IMG/VR virus record: IMGVR_UViG_3300048502_000073
Strand: one strand, 5' to 3'
DNA: 64,000 nt
Source: an uncultured virus (IMG/VR IMGVR_UViG_3300048502_000073)
Taxonomy: Duplodnaviria > Heunggongvirae > Uroviricota > Caudoviricetes
Shown: positions 36,501 through 46,660 of the stretch, in pieces
Layout of the letters: each line of letters begins with the position of its first letter
Position numbering within the stretch: the stretch's first letter is position 1
Notes under the pieces: model-generated
Databases searched by the model: none
Told to the model about the DNA's origin: nothing
What the model saw: the letters and a program-made list of their open reading frames with translations, nothing else
Translations under genes and position numbers: made by a program

Positions 36501-38282
36501 CTACCGTCTCTTAGACGACGCCTGTTTTTCGATGATTTTCGCGTATTCCTCCGGGTTCTGCTTCTGGAGCTGCTGCATCAGCGCCGCTTGCTTCTCTTCC
36601 TTGGCGCGCAGACGCGTCAGGATGATGTCCCTATTCTGGAATGGCAGCATCTCGATGGCAGATTCGGGGTCGATGATGCCCAGCTTCAGGCCGCCCACGA
36701 TGAGCGACTGATGATCGTCGGCGAAGATCGGCGACGTGGTGTGGCCGTCCACCGTCACACGCCGATCTTCCGGCAGGTCGGCCAGAAGGAATTGCGTCTC
36801 GTTCGGGTGCTTCGGATCGGTCCAGTAGGCTCGGCCGTCCTTCGCCTCCATGATGCTCAAACGCAGATCACCCGCCGCGGCGCACTGCCGCTCGATCAGC
36901 AAGGACCGGTCCTTCAGACGCGCACCCGCCGCCTTCATCATTGGGTTGCTCTGCACGCCGCTGCGCACGCCTGGCTCGCCCTTTCCCGACAGCATGTTGT
37001 CAAAACCGCTAATCATTTCAATGATCTGGATCAGCTTCTCCAGAAGCGGTAACGCCTCGGCCGGGAACTTTGGCGTCAGGTCCACGGCGCTTCCGCTCGG
37101 GCCGAGGTTGGCATACCCGGCCTGGCGCATCTGGTCGTAAAGCTCATCCGTCAGCCCGTCGCCTGAGAACGCCAGGAGCTTGTCGACCTGCAGACCGAAC
37201 AGCCGGCGAATGTCCGACGCGGTTTCGGCAAGGAAGTCTTGCGGGTTGATCAGGTCGGCGATCTCGCTGCGCCCCCACAGGTTGCCCGACGTGGGGTTGG
37301 CCTGGATCAACGTGAACGGGTGCAAACCGCACTGGTGACCCGATATCAGCAGGTTGGACCGCTTCCACCGCGGCGCGATCAGGATGTCAGGCTCGATGAT
37401 CTGGATCGTGGTGTAATCGTCGCCGTCCCACATCCACGTCTCGTGCATCACCGCTATCGGCGCCGCGCCGGACGGGCCGACGCCGCCATAGTTCGGGTCC
37501 GTGGACAGTTGCACGATGCCGCCGGGGACCGGCCGCGACGCCGCACCGGCCCCGGTGTTGATCTGCGAGGTGTTCAGCACCTGGTGGAAAAAGCTGTTCG
37601 CAACGTCCGTCGCGCCGGGCGCGGCATGCTGCTTGATCCGGTCAAACAACTGCCGCGCGTCCGGCATGTGGTAGATTCGTCGCCACACTTCCGGCATCGT
37701 CAGCGTGACGCTCTGGGTCATCGCCGGCTGGTCGTCCAGGGAGTTGGTGTCCGGCCTGTAGACCCCCATTTGCCATGGCATCACGAGGCTGGAATGGTAG
37801 GTCGGAAGCTTCTCTGATCCGTCCTGCGTGACCCACTGTTTCAGGAAGCATGAACCGTATTTCAGCGCCTCGAACACCCCCTGGGCGAACAGGATGTCGG
37901 TGTTCGTCCGCTCGAATGAGCGCGCCAGGAGCCGGGTCGCGACGTTGCCGCGCTTGAGGATTTCTTCCGGGTATTCGTTCTCGAAATCCATGGAGAAACG
38001 GATTTCAGTCGGCGAGAACAGGTGCGACGCGAGCCGGTCGATCAGGCTATAAAGCAGGTTGATCAGCGATCGGGACCCATCGGACTTGCCGCTTTCCACG
38101 ATCATGTTGAGCTGGCGATAATAGGCAGCGCGCTGGCCGACATCCGACCGGCAGATTTCGTTGATCTCCATGACCTGCCGGACGAGTAGCTTGTTGTCTT
38201 GCGGCAGTTCCATGAAGGCGTCGGGACGCGACGCCATGGACTTTTTCGACGGGAAGTCTAGGACTTTCGCTTTATCGCTCAT
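36501..38282 (-). CDS. Portal protein
   Basis: 593 aa downstream of TerL; EALKYGSCFLK, LWGRSEIADLINPQ and ISGFDNMLSG motifs of podophage portals. Confidence 0.85.
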   Translation of the reverse strand: MSDKAKVLDFPSKKSMASRPDAFMELPQDNKLLVRQVMEINEICRSDVGQRAAYYRQLNMIVESGKSDGSRSLINLLYSLIDRLASHLFSPTEIRFSMDFENEYPEEILKRGNVATRLLARSFERTNTDILFAQGVFEALKYGSCFLKQWVTQDGSEKLPTYHSSLVMPWQMGVYRPDTNSLDDQPAMTQSVTLTMPEVWRRIYHMPDARQLFDRIKQHAAPGATDVANSFFHQVLNTSQINTGAGAASRPVPGGIVQLSTDPNYGGVGPSGAAPIAVMHETWMWDGDDYTTIQIIEPDILIAPRWKRSNLLISGHQCGLHPFTLIQANPTSGNLWGRSEIADLINPQDFLAETASDIRRLFGLQVDKLLAFSGDGLTDELYDQMRQAGYANLGPSGSAVDLTPKFPAEALPLLEKLIQIIEMISGFDNMLSGKGEPGVRSGVQSNPMMKAAGARLKDRSLLIERQCAAAGDLRLSIMEAKDGRAYWTDPKHPNETQFLLADLPEDRRVTVDGHTTSPIFADDHQSLIVGGLKLGIIDPESAIEMLPFQNRDIILTRLRAKEEKQAALMQQLQKQNPEEYAKIIEKQASSKRR

Positions 38283-38289
38283 CCATCAA

Positions 38290-38892
38290 TCATACACGAC
38301 GCCGATAGTTAGGCGATGTGGTTTCGAGCGCCGGCATTGAGGATGTCGTCGCCCCCACCTGGCCGGAAGTCGCGGTGAAATTTGCGTGGTGCTGCCGGAC
38401 CATCGCCTGCGTCCTAGCGCCGGCGTTCGGGAACGGACCCTCCGCCACCGCGCCGCTGTATCCCAGCCCGGCCGATCCCTGAAAACCGAACATACCCACC
38501 GGCGCCGCGTCCATGACCTGGGTCACCGGGCTTGGAGCGAGCTTCGCATCCGACGTGTCGCCCATGCGCAGGCCGTCCCGCATGTCCGTCATCTTCATGA
38601 TCGACGCGTCCTGGCTGTCGAGCCCGAACTTCTCCTGCGCGATGTCAGCCCGGAACTGCGCGCCGTCCTCCATCTGACGGTGCATCTGGTCCACGGTCAT
38701 CTTGATGGACTTCCCGATGTGCGGCGAGGTCAGAGCCTCGTCGTAGCCATCTTCCTCGTGGCTATCATAGCCGCACACACCGCAATAGCGCGGCAGGGGG
38801 TCGGCCGCCACCGATGGATGGTGGAGAAAGGTGAACTGGTGCGGCGGGTGCGCCGCCGTGCCCGGGCATTCGTAAGTGCGTGCTCTGGGCAT
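38290..38892 (-). CDS. Hypothetical protein with N-terminal zinc ribbon (FmdB-like)
   Basis: TYECP...H...YCGVCG between TerL and portal. Confidence 0.6.
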   Translation of the reverse strand: MPRARTYECPGTAAHPPHQFTFLHHPSVAADPLPRYCGVCGYDSHEEDGYDEALTSPHIGKSIKMTVDQMHRQMEDGAQFRADIAQEKFGLDSQDASIMKMTDMRDGLRMGDTSDAKLAPSPVTQVMDAAPVGMFGFQGSAGLGYSGAVAEGPFPNAGARTQAMVRQHHANFTATSGQVGATTSSMPALETTSPNYRRRV

Positions 38893-40796
38893 CAACCCCT
38901 CCAACTCTGCCGCCGCGCCGCCGCCATCATACGCCGCCGGGACGCAACCTGCCCGCTGATGAAGCTATCAAGCTGGTTCTGATTATACAACGTCACCTGA
39001 TCCTTGATCGTCATGCGCCGCGCCGCCTCTTCAAACGCCCGAGTCCGCTTGGCCTGGATCAGCGCACGGCGCGCGTTCTCTTCCCAGTGACGCACCGCCA
39101 TCGCAAGCGAATACACCCGATCGTCCTGCTTGGTCCCCTGCGCCTCGATCTTGTCGCCCTCGCGGGTGATCCACCGCATCTCATCCAAGGACTCCTGCGA
39201 TCGGATGTGGAGCATGCCGTTCTGCACGAAGTCGCGCAGGCGCTCCATGATCGCCACCTTGAGCTGCGACTGCGCCTTGAACTGCCACGCGTGGCCGCGT
39301 CCCATGCTGTCCGTGCGGGTGTAGATGTAATTCCGCACGTTGCGCTGGATGTCCTGCAGGCCGCGCTCTGTCAGCGTCGAGCCGAAGTAGCCGTGCCGCA
39401 GTTGAAGCTTCAAGTCCTGCAACTCCCGGAACGTGGCCTCGCCGGGGCCGTTGATGTCGACAATCCGGTAGACAGTCGACCGCTCGCCGGCATACCACGC
39501 TTCCAGGCTGGCGATGACCCACGCCAATTGCTTGGTGTTGATCAGCGGCCAGCAGTATTCGGCCACCTGATCGAGCCCGTCCGCGTAGGCGCGCATCACC
39601 TCGATCGAGGACCGGTTGTTGAACTCGGCGCGGCCGAAGGCAACATCGGTGGCGATAATGTAGACAGAATCCTCGACCGGCTCCTCCCACACCTTGAGCT
39701 GCACGGACTTGGCGTTGGGCGCAGGATAGACACGCAGGTCGCTGAACTCGATGCCGGCGGTATAGTGGTAGGTCTTGTATTTGCGGCTGACGTGAAGCTT
39801 CATCTGCTTCGTCAGTTCTTCGGGATCGAAGAACACCGCGCCCGTCATCTGGAACGCGTCTTCCTCAGTCCAAGGCTGCTGTTCAAGCCGCGAATTGTCG
39901 CCCGAGAAGTCAGGATCAGCGTCACCGTCCGCATCAGCGGTCGGATTCATCTCCTTCCTGATCCATGCAAGCTGTTCGGCCGTTATTTCGTGGCCGTATT
40001 GCTCGTAAACCTGCCGTATCTTCTGCTTTTCGAGCGGCGAAAGCGGTTGAATGCCGTATTTCTGGAAATCGGGGTCGTCTTGCTCTATTTTCTGGTCCGG
40101 ATGCGACCACCAACCGCAGAAAATGCACTTTGCGTGGTGATCATCCTTCGCCTCATACCAGATTTCTTGCCAAATATTCGGCCCCTTGGCCGTGCTCTCA
40201 TCGACAAACAAACGGTTTGGATTTTTCCTCGCCAAAGAATGGCGAAATGTCTCCATGCCGACGATATTGCCGTAGTTGCACAACTCGGAACGGTGCGAAA
40301 CTGATATAGCGGAGCCGGTTCCGAGCGTCTGAGACGATTTGGTTTCCTTGACGCCGGCCGCTATCAGGTTTATGCGTGATTTGTTCTCCAGGATCAGGAA
40401 GTTCCGGTTATTTCCAATCAGTTTCGGGAAATTGTAGCTTGCCGGGAACCTCTGTATCATATCCACTAGCTCTTGACGGGCTTCCATCAAATGAGCCGAT
40501 GTGTCAAACATCAGAGAGGCTGTAACGTCGAATATCCCAGTCCAAAATGCCATCAGCGCGCGGATAATGGTTGAAACGCCAAGCTGCCGGCTTTTCAGGA
40601 CCTTAAAGTCGTGGATATCGTTACCCAGACCGTCGAATATCCCTTCTATGACGGTGGTCTGGGCGCCATATAGATTTTCACCAAGGATGATCCAGCCCTT
40701 TTCTTTGGACTTGACCCACGTGTGGTTTAGGAATTCGTAGAACGCCGCCTTGACAGAAGCGGCATGTTCCGGCGTCCAAGCCCCATCAAACGGCAC
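38892..40796 (-). CDS. terL: Terminase large subunit
   Basis: VLKSRQLGVST Walker A, ESTAKG coupling motif, IIATDVA and QDDRV nuclease residues. Confidence 0.92.
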   Translation of the reverse strand: MPFDGAWTPEHAASVKAAFYEFLNHTWVKSKEKGWIILGENLYGAQTTVIEGIFDGLGNDIHDFKVLKSRQLGVSTIIRALMAFWTGIFDVTASLMFDTSAHLMEARQELVDMIQRFPASYNFPKLIGNNRNFLILENKSRINLIAAGVKETKSSQTLGTGSAISVSHRSELCNYGNIVGMETFRHSLARKNPNRLFVDESTAKGPNIWQEIWYEAKDDHHAKCIFCGWWSHPDQKIEQDDPDFQKYGIQPLSPLEKQKIRQVYEQYGHEITAEQLAWIRKEMNPTADADGDADPDFSGDNSRLEQQPWTEEDAFQMTGAVFFDPEELTKQMKLHVSRKYKTYHYTAGIEFSDLRVYPAPNAKSVQLKVWEEPVEDSVYIIATDVAFGRAEFNNRSSIEVMRAYADGLDQVAEYCWPLINTKQLAWVIASLEAWYAGERSTVYRIVDINGPGEATFRELQDLKLQLRHGYFGSTLTERGLQDIQRNVRNYIYTRTDSMGRGHAWQFKAQSQLKVAIMERLRDFVQNGMLHIRSQESLDEMRWITREGDKIEAQGTKQDDRVYSLAMAVRHWEENARRALIQAKRTRAFEEAARRMTIKDQVTLYNQNQLDSFISGQVASRRRMMAAARRQSWRG

Positions 40797-40799
40797 GGG

Positions 40800-41057
40800 T
40801 CACCGCCTAACCCCCTGCAACATGCCACCGCTCCGCTCCGCGTCGGCGATTTCGGCGAGCACGATCTGCACGCGCGTCTGCACGGTCGACCAGAACACCG
40901 CCGGGTTGGCTTTGCCGTCCAGCATCAGAAGGTCGATCGACGTGCCCTCGGGGCCGACGATCACGTAGGCACCGCCGAAGTCCGCGCTGCCGTTCAGGTC
41001 GATCTTGTCGGCAATCGCGCGGAACCTCGCCGCATGGTCATGCGTATCGGTGTTCAT
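40800..41057 (-). CDS. Hypothetical protein
   Basis: Coupled ORF upstream of TerL. Confidence 0.6.
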   Translation of the reverse strand: MNTDTHDHAARFRAIADKIDLNGSADFGGAYVIVGPEGTSIDLLMLDGKANPAVFWSTVQTRVQIVLAEIADAERSGGMLQGVRR

Positions 41058-41256
41058 ACTGCCCACCCTTCACCTTGGTCGTCAGCGCCTTGCCTACAGA
41101 CCATGAGCGCATGACCGTCTGCGCCACGTCCGCCGGCACGCCACTGTAGATCGAGCGCTTGCCGCTGTCCCAGGCGACGTGCAACTCCCCCGTGTCTGGG
41201 TCGTGTCCGATCTGGTTGATGTGGGACGAGAACACGTCCTGCATCGCCAGCGCCAT
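41038..41256 (-). CDS. KTSC-domain protein
   Basis: SSHINQIGHDPDTGELHVAWDSGKRSIYSGVP...SVGK. Confidence 0.85.
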   Translation of the reverse strand: MALAMQDVFSSHINQIGHDPDTGELHVAWDSGKRSIYSGVPADVAQTVMRSWSVGKALTTKVKGGQYEHRYA

Positions 41257-41471
41257 CACAACTCCCCCTCGATCACAGGCGCGTATTGCGCCCGCTCGTG
41301 CGCCTCGAATGCGACGATCCCAGCCGGCGTGATCCGGTGCCACTGGTCCATAACGCGCACACACAAGCGTCTGCTGGCCAGTCCCTTGATGACATCTTCC
41401 CAGCGCCCGATGGCCAGCATGTCCTCGTGCGACAGTATCTCCATCGCCACAGCTTCGTTGTCAGTCAGCAT
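41256..41471 (-). CDS. Small hypothetical protein (winged-helix-like)
   Basis: IKGLASRRL...HRITPAG. Confidence 0.45.
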   Translation of the reverse strand: MLTDNEAVAMEILSHEDMLAIGRWEDVIKGLASRRLCVRVMDQWHRITPAGIVAFEAHERAQYAPVIEGEL

Positions 41472-42096
41472 AGACCACCTTCCTGCGGATATAGGCTTTG
41501 TCGGCGTGCGCGCCACAATACGGCCGCCCGTGGCGCTCGACAGGACACCCGCACAACGTGAAGCGCCGGGTGCCCGGGATGTCGCTCGGCCACTGACATA
41601 CCGCCGTGCTCACGTTCACCGGCTTTGGCTTGGGCGCAGACCAGACATACCCGAGAGTAGGTTTTTCGTCCGATGACGGTTCGGTATGGTTCCTGACAGT
41701 AGCAACCGATACCGCCGCCTCGACAGGCTCCGTGAGAGAAACCAGCGGCGGCAGCGTCACGGCCGGGGCGACCTCGACGGGTGCCGGCTGCGCTTCCTTC
41801 TGCGCCAACCGCTGCGCCCGTCTCTCGGCCCCGCCTGGCTTCTTGCGGTGTGATGGCTTTATTCCCTTCTGCGCCATGTCCCACCGATACAGCTTCCCGA
41901 CGACCGCGTTGTAGCTGACGCCGATCTCCTGGGCTATCTCAGCCCGGTTACTCCCGGCGCTCTTCATCTCCAAAGCCCGCTGCATCATCCATGGCGTCCA
42001 CGCTTCGCCGCGCCAGTTCGGCCTCGATTTCAGACTTCCGGCAGACCAAGCCTCGCCCGTAGCGCCTGCGCTATCCTCTTGAACACTGGGTTCCAT
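41461..42096 (-). CDS. gcrA: GcrA-family cell-cycle regulator homologue (start uncertain)
   Basis: WT...AGSNRAEIAQEIGVSYNAVVGKLYR N-terminus; CQWP...CG...RPYCGAHADKAY C-terminus. Confidence 0.88.
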   Translation of the reverse strand: MEPSVQEDSAGATGEAWSAGSLKSRPNWRGEAWTPWMMQRALEMKSAGSNRAEIAQEIGVSYNAVVGKLYRWDMAQKGIKPSHRKKPGGAERRAQRLAQKEAQPAPVEVAPAVTLPPLVSLTEPVEAAVSVATVRNHTEPSSDEKPTLGYVWSAPKPKPVNVSTAVCQWPSDIPGTRRFTLCGCPVERHGRPYCGAHADKAYIRRKVVYAD

Positions 42097-43475
42097 TCGA
42101 AGTCCGCCTCCTGCCTGAAGATACGATGATTCGGATACCAGAGCGCCGGCCCCTCTTTGCGACCGATCCGCCAGTCGCCACCGCGGCGCGAGTAGGCGAC
42201 CCACGTTTCCTTTCCCATCGCACCGCACAGGTGCCCAAGGAACGACTCGATCGTGATGACGAGGTCCAGTTCCTTGATGATGTTCACCGTATCCGTCGCA
42301 TCCTTGATGTATGGCGACAGGTCCCGGATCAGCGCTGCACAGCCCGACAGGTGCAAGTCCTGCGCCCTGGGGCCGATCTGGAGGGAGTAAAGCTGCACGC
42401 CGGGCACATCGTAGAGGTCGAGGAACTGCGTGACAGGGATCGAGCGCCACCGGTCGATCCCGTTCCCAGGCGACCCGCCAAACGCGATCCCGATGTGGAT
42501 TTTGGCATCCGTCGCCTTCCATCCGGTCGGCATGGTGGTCGGGAAATCCGGCATCCGCCACGCTTGGTGATGACTGGCGATTTGCTCCGTCGTCAGGCCA
42601 AGCACCGTCGGCAGGCCCATCACCGGGCACCAAGCGTCGGACAGCGGCAGCATCGTCGTGGCAGGTATCACGCTCACGCTCGGCCAGTCCCGAAACGCCG
42701 TGGTCAGCATCCGGTGCAGCTCCGCATGCACCTGGAACAGCACCCGCTTGGCGAACTGCGTGGTGCGCGGCACGAACCGCGCCATCGACAGCGTGTCGCC
42801 TATGCCGTGCTCGCTGGCAATGAACAGGGTGTCCAGATGCCCGCCGGTCCACCGCGGATAAGGGTAATTCTGGAAGCTTTTCAGCCCCTTCTCCATCGCA
42901 AACCGCGCCTCGAAGTGCCGCAGTCCGGTCGCATAGTTTCCGTCCCACAGGTAGCACAACGCGAGCGCCAGCTCCGCCTCCGGGGACGTTGGGTTCAGGC
43001 TCCAGCCGCGCAGCGCGTAATCGATAGACATCGAGGTCTGGTCGATGATGGACAGAACCTGGCTCTGGTTGGTGTAGAGAAACCATTCCTGGTCCTCGCC
43101 GATTGCCTCGGCGTTCTCGTCAAAGAAGTCCCTGGCCTGATAGCCAGCGTCGACCGCCTCATAGATCGCGCCGTCGTTCTTCAGTTGGTGCGCGATGTTC
43201 ACCATCGCGGTGTATTGCAGCTTGGGCGAGTTGTCCCCGTGCTGATGGTTCGGCCCGTAGGGAATCGACAATACCCGGCGGAACGCCGCGATCGACGCTG
43301 GCAGCTTCCCCAGCTTGGACAGGCAGATGCCCATGGCAGCCCATGCCACGGCGTTGGTCGGGTCGATCGTCACCGATGAGCACAGCAGCCGATAGGCCAA
43401 CTCCGGGTCCTGCTCGGACACCTTCACCGCGTCGTTGTGGAACTGGACGCTCGATCCCCTCGCCTGGACGTTCAT
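42030..43475 (-). CDS. TPR-repeat protein with C-terminal GT9 (heptosyltransferase)-like domain
   Basis: TPR helices then EHGIGDTLSMARF, IGIAFGGSP, LDLVITIESFLGHLCGAMGK, DWR, WYP..RIFRQ. Confidence 0.85.
   Translation of the reverse strand: MNVQARGSSVQFHNDAVKVSEQDPELAYRLLCSSVTIDPTNAVAWAAMGICLSKLGKLPASIAAFRRVLSIPYGPNHQHGDNSPKLQYTAMVNIAHQLKNDGAIYEAVDAGYQARDFFDENAEAIGEDQEWFLYTNQSQVLSIIDQTSMSIDYALRGWSLNPTSPEAELALALCYLWDGNYATGLRHFEARFAMEKGLKSFQNYPYPRWTGGHLDTLFIASEHGIGDTLSMARFVPRTTQFAKRVLFQVHAELHRMLTTAFRDWPSVSVIPATTMLPLSDAWCPVMGLPTVLGLTTEQIASHHQAWRMPDFPTTMPTGWKATDAKIHIGIAFGGSPGNGIDRWRSIPVTQFLDLYDVPGVQLYSLQIGPRAQDLHLSGCAALIRDLSPYIKDATDTVNIIKELDLVITIESFLGHLCGAMGKETWVAYSRRGGDWRIGRKEGPALWYPNHRIFRQEADFEWNPVFKRIAQALRARLGLPEV
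42483..42530 (+). repeat. 48-bp exact direct repeat, copy 1
   Basis: cgcgatcccgatgtggattttggcatccgtcgccttccatccggtcgg, identical to 57385-57432. Confidence 0.95.
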
Positions 43476-43829
43476 TACTTCACAAGCCCCTTTCTGATCT
43501 TGTCCGCTCGGCAGATGGTGATCGACCAACGCGACCCCGTTCCGGCTTGCGCCGACATGCGGTGAACATATTCGGGGGTCCCGTTCCCGTTGTGCAGGGA
43601 TACCGGGTGACCCGCGGCGCAGTGCGGACACGCGTCAGCAATCGTGGCCGGCGGGACGCCGTCGTCGGCCATGTTATGCGGCCGGCTTAGGCGGCGATGG
43701 CGCTGGCGTCGGCGCTGGCGCCGGGTTGATCTGCGCTTTCAGCGCCTCGATCTGCGCCGTGAAGTGCTGATACATCGCCTCAAGAGGATTTTCCCGGCCA
43801 TGCCACGGACGCCATGATTCGTCAGCCAT
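43475..43829 (-). CDS. Two small hypothetical proteins (43475-43672; 43674-43829)
   Basis: Tightly packed ORFs; AAGGA RBS before 43829; CPHC motif in the first. Confidence 0.55.
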
Positions 43830-43854
43830 CGTGTGTTCCTTTTTCTGGGGTTTT

Positions 43855-44739
43855 TTAAGCGGCGTCGAACAGATCCACGGCGCCGGATTCCGCGTTTGCC
43901 AAGTTCTTTCGCGCAATGGCAAAATAGCCGCCCTTTAGTTCCACGCCGATGAACTTGCGACGCAGCTTGACCGCGCCAAAACCTTCGCTTCCGATCCCGG
44001 TGAACGGGGAAAGCACTGTATCGCCCCGGTTGCTCCAAAGCAGGATGGCACGCTCGATCAAACCAAGCTGGAGCGGGCAGACGTGCCGTTCATCCGAATG
44101 CTCACGTGCCTGCTGGACGTTGAGCGTATCGGTCTGGCGGATATCCATCCAGACAGGCGATGCCCATTGCTGCCATTGCTCGACAGGGAACGTGTCGCGA
44201 TCCTGCCCAACAGGCTCCACGTTCTCGCCTGGCGCACGGAACACAAGGACGTAGTCGGCCATGCCTTGGCGCGAGCGGGTGCTGTCCTTCTGTAATTGCT
44301 TATAGAGCAATCCCAACGCCTTTGTCCGCGTCATCTCGACCACTGGGTCTTTCCACACGGTAACACGGCTGTGGAGTATCCATCCTGCCGCCTCGTGAGC
44401 GCGGATCAGATCGCCGCTGAAATCCTTGATACCGATTACGCCATCCTTCCATTTAGTCAACGGGAGGTCGGAACAATGGACGGCGGCGAGGCGCCCGGGC
44501 TTCATGACACGCGTAAGCTGTTCGAGCATGAAGCCGTAATGCCGGAAAAATTCGGCATCGTTGGCGCTGTTGCCCATGTCGCTCTCGCTGTCCGAGTAGA
44601 CGAACAGATTTGAGAATGGAGGGGAGTAGACGCTGAATCCGGCCGATCGATCCGGCAACTGGCGCAAAACGTCCACGCAGTCGCCGTTATACAAGCTCCA
44701 GTCCTGACCGTGCGCATCATTCAAGCAGCGGATAACCAT
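43855..44739 (-). CDS. N4/N6 DNA methyltransferase (beta class)
   Basis: GDC...SVYSPPF (motif IV) and VLSPFTGIGSEG...FIGVELK (motif I). Confidence 0.92.
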   Translation of the reverse strand: MVIRCLNDAHGQDWSLYNGDCVDVLRQLPDRSAGFSVYSPPFSNLFVYSDSESDMGNSANDAEFFRHYGFMLEQLTRVMKPGRLAAVHCSDLPLTKWKDGVIGIKDFSGDLIRAHEAAGWILHSRVTVWKDPVVEMTRTKALGLLYKQLQKDSTRSRQGMADYVLVFRAPGENVEPVGQDRDTFPVEQWQQWASPVWMDIRQTDTLNVQQAREHSDERHVCPLQLGLIERAILLWSNRGDTVLSPFTGIGSEGFGAVKLRRKFIGVELKGGYFAIARKNLANAESGAVDLFDAA

Positions 44740-46088
44740 GCCGGCAATCTCCCATCGTGCTGCGGATCATAGGCAACCTTGATATTCGATGACTGGCCCA
44801 TCGCCCGACGTGCGGCAGAACGCATCGAGCGCTTCATATGCTCGTGGCCATCGGCCTTGCGATCGATCGCGCGGCCGATCTGATCCTCGCCCTCGGCAAC
44901 GATGATGTGGACGTGGACAGGGCGTGTTTGCCCGAACCGCCAGCATCGGCGAACGCATTGATACCACATCTCGTAAGAGAACGATCGGCCGACGAATACC
45001 TGTCGCGCACAGTGCTGATAGTTTAGTCCTTGGCCGGCAATCTTGCCTTTGGTCACAAGAGGGCGCCCCGATGTGAGAAACGCCAAAAGCCCTTCCTCCT
45101 TGCGCTCAGGTGTCATCGATCCACGAACATCGATGGCATCCGGCAACCGGCTCAGGACGGCGTCAGCCTCATGGTCGGTATCTACCCAGATCAACCACGG
45201 TTCATTTTGTTCGGTCCCGATAAGCCGCGCAACTTCGTCGGCGCGCACATCAGATGTCTGCCGCTTGAGCTTAAACATCTCAGTCGCAGAGACGTTGAAA
45301 CCAAACAAACCGTCGTCGGGTGTGATCTCAGCCGTTACCTTGTGCTTATGGATGGACATCGGCGGCAGGACGAACCTCGATCCGTCAAACCCAAGATCGT
45401 CCGGCGATGATGCCATGACGGCCCACGATGCGACCCAATCCCAAAAATGGTTTTGAGCGTGACCCTTGAGCCGCCAGGTGCCGGTATCACTCGTGTCGTT
45501 GATAAACCACCTCATAAGCATATCGGCCTGTGGCATGATCCCGAGAAACTCGGAGTGCGTGCCAAGTTCCATGTGGTCATTAGGCGCGGGGGTGGCGGTG
45601 GCGCACAGACGGAACGGTGTGTCGGCAAACATGGAAGTCAGAGCGCGCGTTGTCGATCCCGCGAAGTTTTTCAAGATCGAGCTTTCATCCAGCACGACAC
45701 ATCCAAACGCGGACGGATCAAGCTTATCAATCCGGTCATAATTACAGATATTGATGCACATACGCACATCAGACATCTCGCGGATGACGTGGCAATCGTA
45801 ACCGAAACGATGACCCTCTGCTTCGATCTGACGTGCGACCGCAAGAGGTGTCAGTATCAGCGATGGTGATCCGGTGAATGCCCTAGCTTGATCGGCAAAC
45901 TCAAGCTCGCAGATGGTCTTGCCCAGACCTGTATCAAGAAACAGCGCCGATCGCCCCTGCCGCAGGCAAAACTCTGTCGCCGCGGACTGATAATCGAACA
46001 TGTGGCCAGGCATAGGGCGGGGATCGATGCCAACAGGATCGGCCCGAGGCGCTTTCGCTGACAGAAAGGCCAGATATTCCGGGGTCAC
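44721..46088 (-). CDS. SF2/SNF2-type helicase
   Basis: FDYQ, DTGLGKT, LDESS, TATPAPND, GLNYQ and QCVRRCWRFGQ motifs. Confidence 0.92.
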   Translation of the reverse strand: MTPEYLAFLSAKAPRADPVGIDPRPMPGHMFDYQSAATEFCLRQGRSALFLDTGLGKTICELEFADQARAFTGSPSLILTPLAVARQIEAEGHRFGYDCHVIREMSDVRMCINICNYDRIDKLDPSAFGCVVLDESSILKNFAGSTTRALTSMFADTPFRLCATATPAPNDHMELGTHSEFLGIMPQADMLMRWFINDTSDTGTWRLKGHAQNHFWDWVASWAVMASSPDDLGFDGSRFVLPPMSIHKHKVTAEITPDDGLFGFNVSATEMFKLKRQTSDVRADEVARLIGTEQNEPWLIWVDTDHEADAVLSRLPDAIDVRGSMTPERKEEGLLAFLTSGRPLVTKGKIAGQGLNYQHCARQVFVGRSFSYEMWYQCVRRCWRFGQTRPVHVHIIVAEGEDQIGRAIDRKADGHEHMKRSMRSAARRAMGQSSNIKVAYDPQHDGRLPAWLSAA

Positions 46089-46660
46089 GTCAAACCTCCC
46101 AAAACGATGTTCTCGAACTCCCGCTCGGCCATAAGCGCCTCTTTCTGCCGCTGCGCTCCGCGTTTCTGCTCCCGCCAACCCACATCCTTGGGCGCGACAG
46201 GCGAAACCTTCCCCTCCGCCTCCAGATCGGCCGCCAAATGGCGCTGGTGAAGCTCCCGGACGATGTTTTTGGCGTTCCCGTGCAGCTTAAACCCCGAGTC
46301 AACCGCCCAATCATGCACTTGCGGGATCGTCCAGGCACATCCGGCCGGTATTTTCCGCTCTTCCAGCAGCCGAATCGTCACTTCCTGGCCCGCAGACGGC
46401 TTGTTGTTCCCTACTTTTAGCTCCAATTGCCCAAAAATGCCCGTTTCACGCTGGTAAACATACCAATCCAGATGCGCCGGCTTGATCCCGCGCGCCTTGC
46501 GCAGCGTTTCGGCTCGCATCCTGGCCTCGTCGGTGGCGCCTTTCATGTAAACGCCGGTCTCCACCGCCGTAAACCAGCAATCGCCCACCAAAACGCGCTC
46601 GAAATAGGCGTTCACGTAGTGCGAAAAGCGGTGCTCACGGTGGTTCACTCGTATCTCCAA
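46085..46660 (-). CDS. VRR-NUC/PD-(D/E)xK-like nuclease
   Basis: GIKPAHLDW...QLELKVGNNKPSAGQ. Confidence 0.7.
   Translation of the reverse strand: MEIRVNHREHRFSHYVNAYFERVLVGDCWFTAVETGVYMKGATDEARMRAETLRKARGIKPAHLDWYVYQRETGIFGQLELKVGNNKPSAGQEVTIRLLEERKIPAGCAWTIPQVHDWAVDSGFKLHGNAKNIVRELHQRHLAADLEAEGKVSPVAPKDVGWREQKRGAQRQKEALMAEREFENIVLGGLT

Noticed and set aside
41461..43086. 541-aa ORF as a single long protein
   Set aside because: The N-terminal two-thirds overlaps the TPR-GT9 gene out of frame; only the GcrA-like C-terminal part is credible
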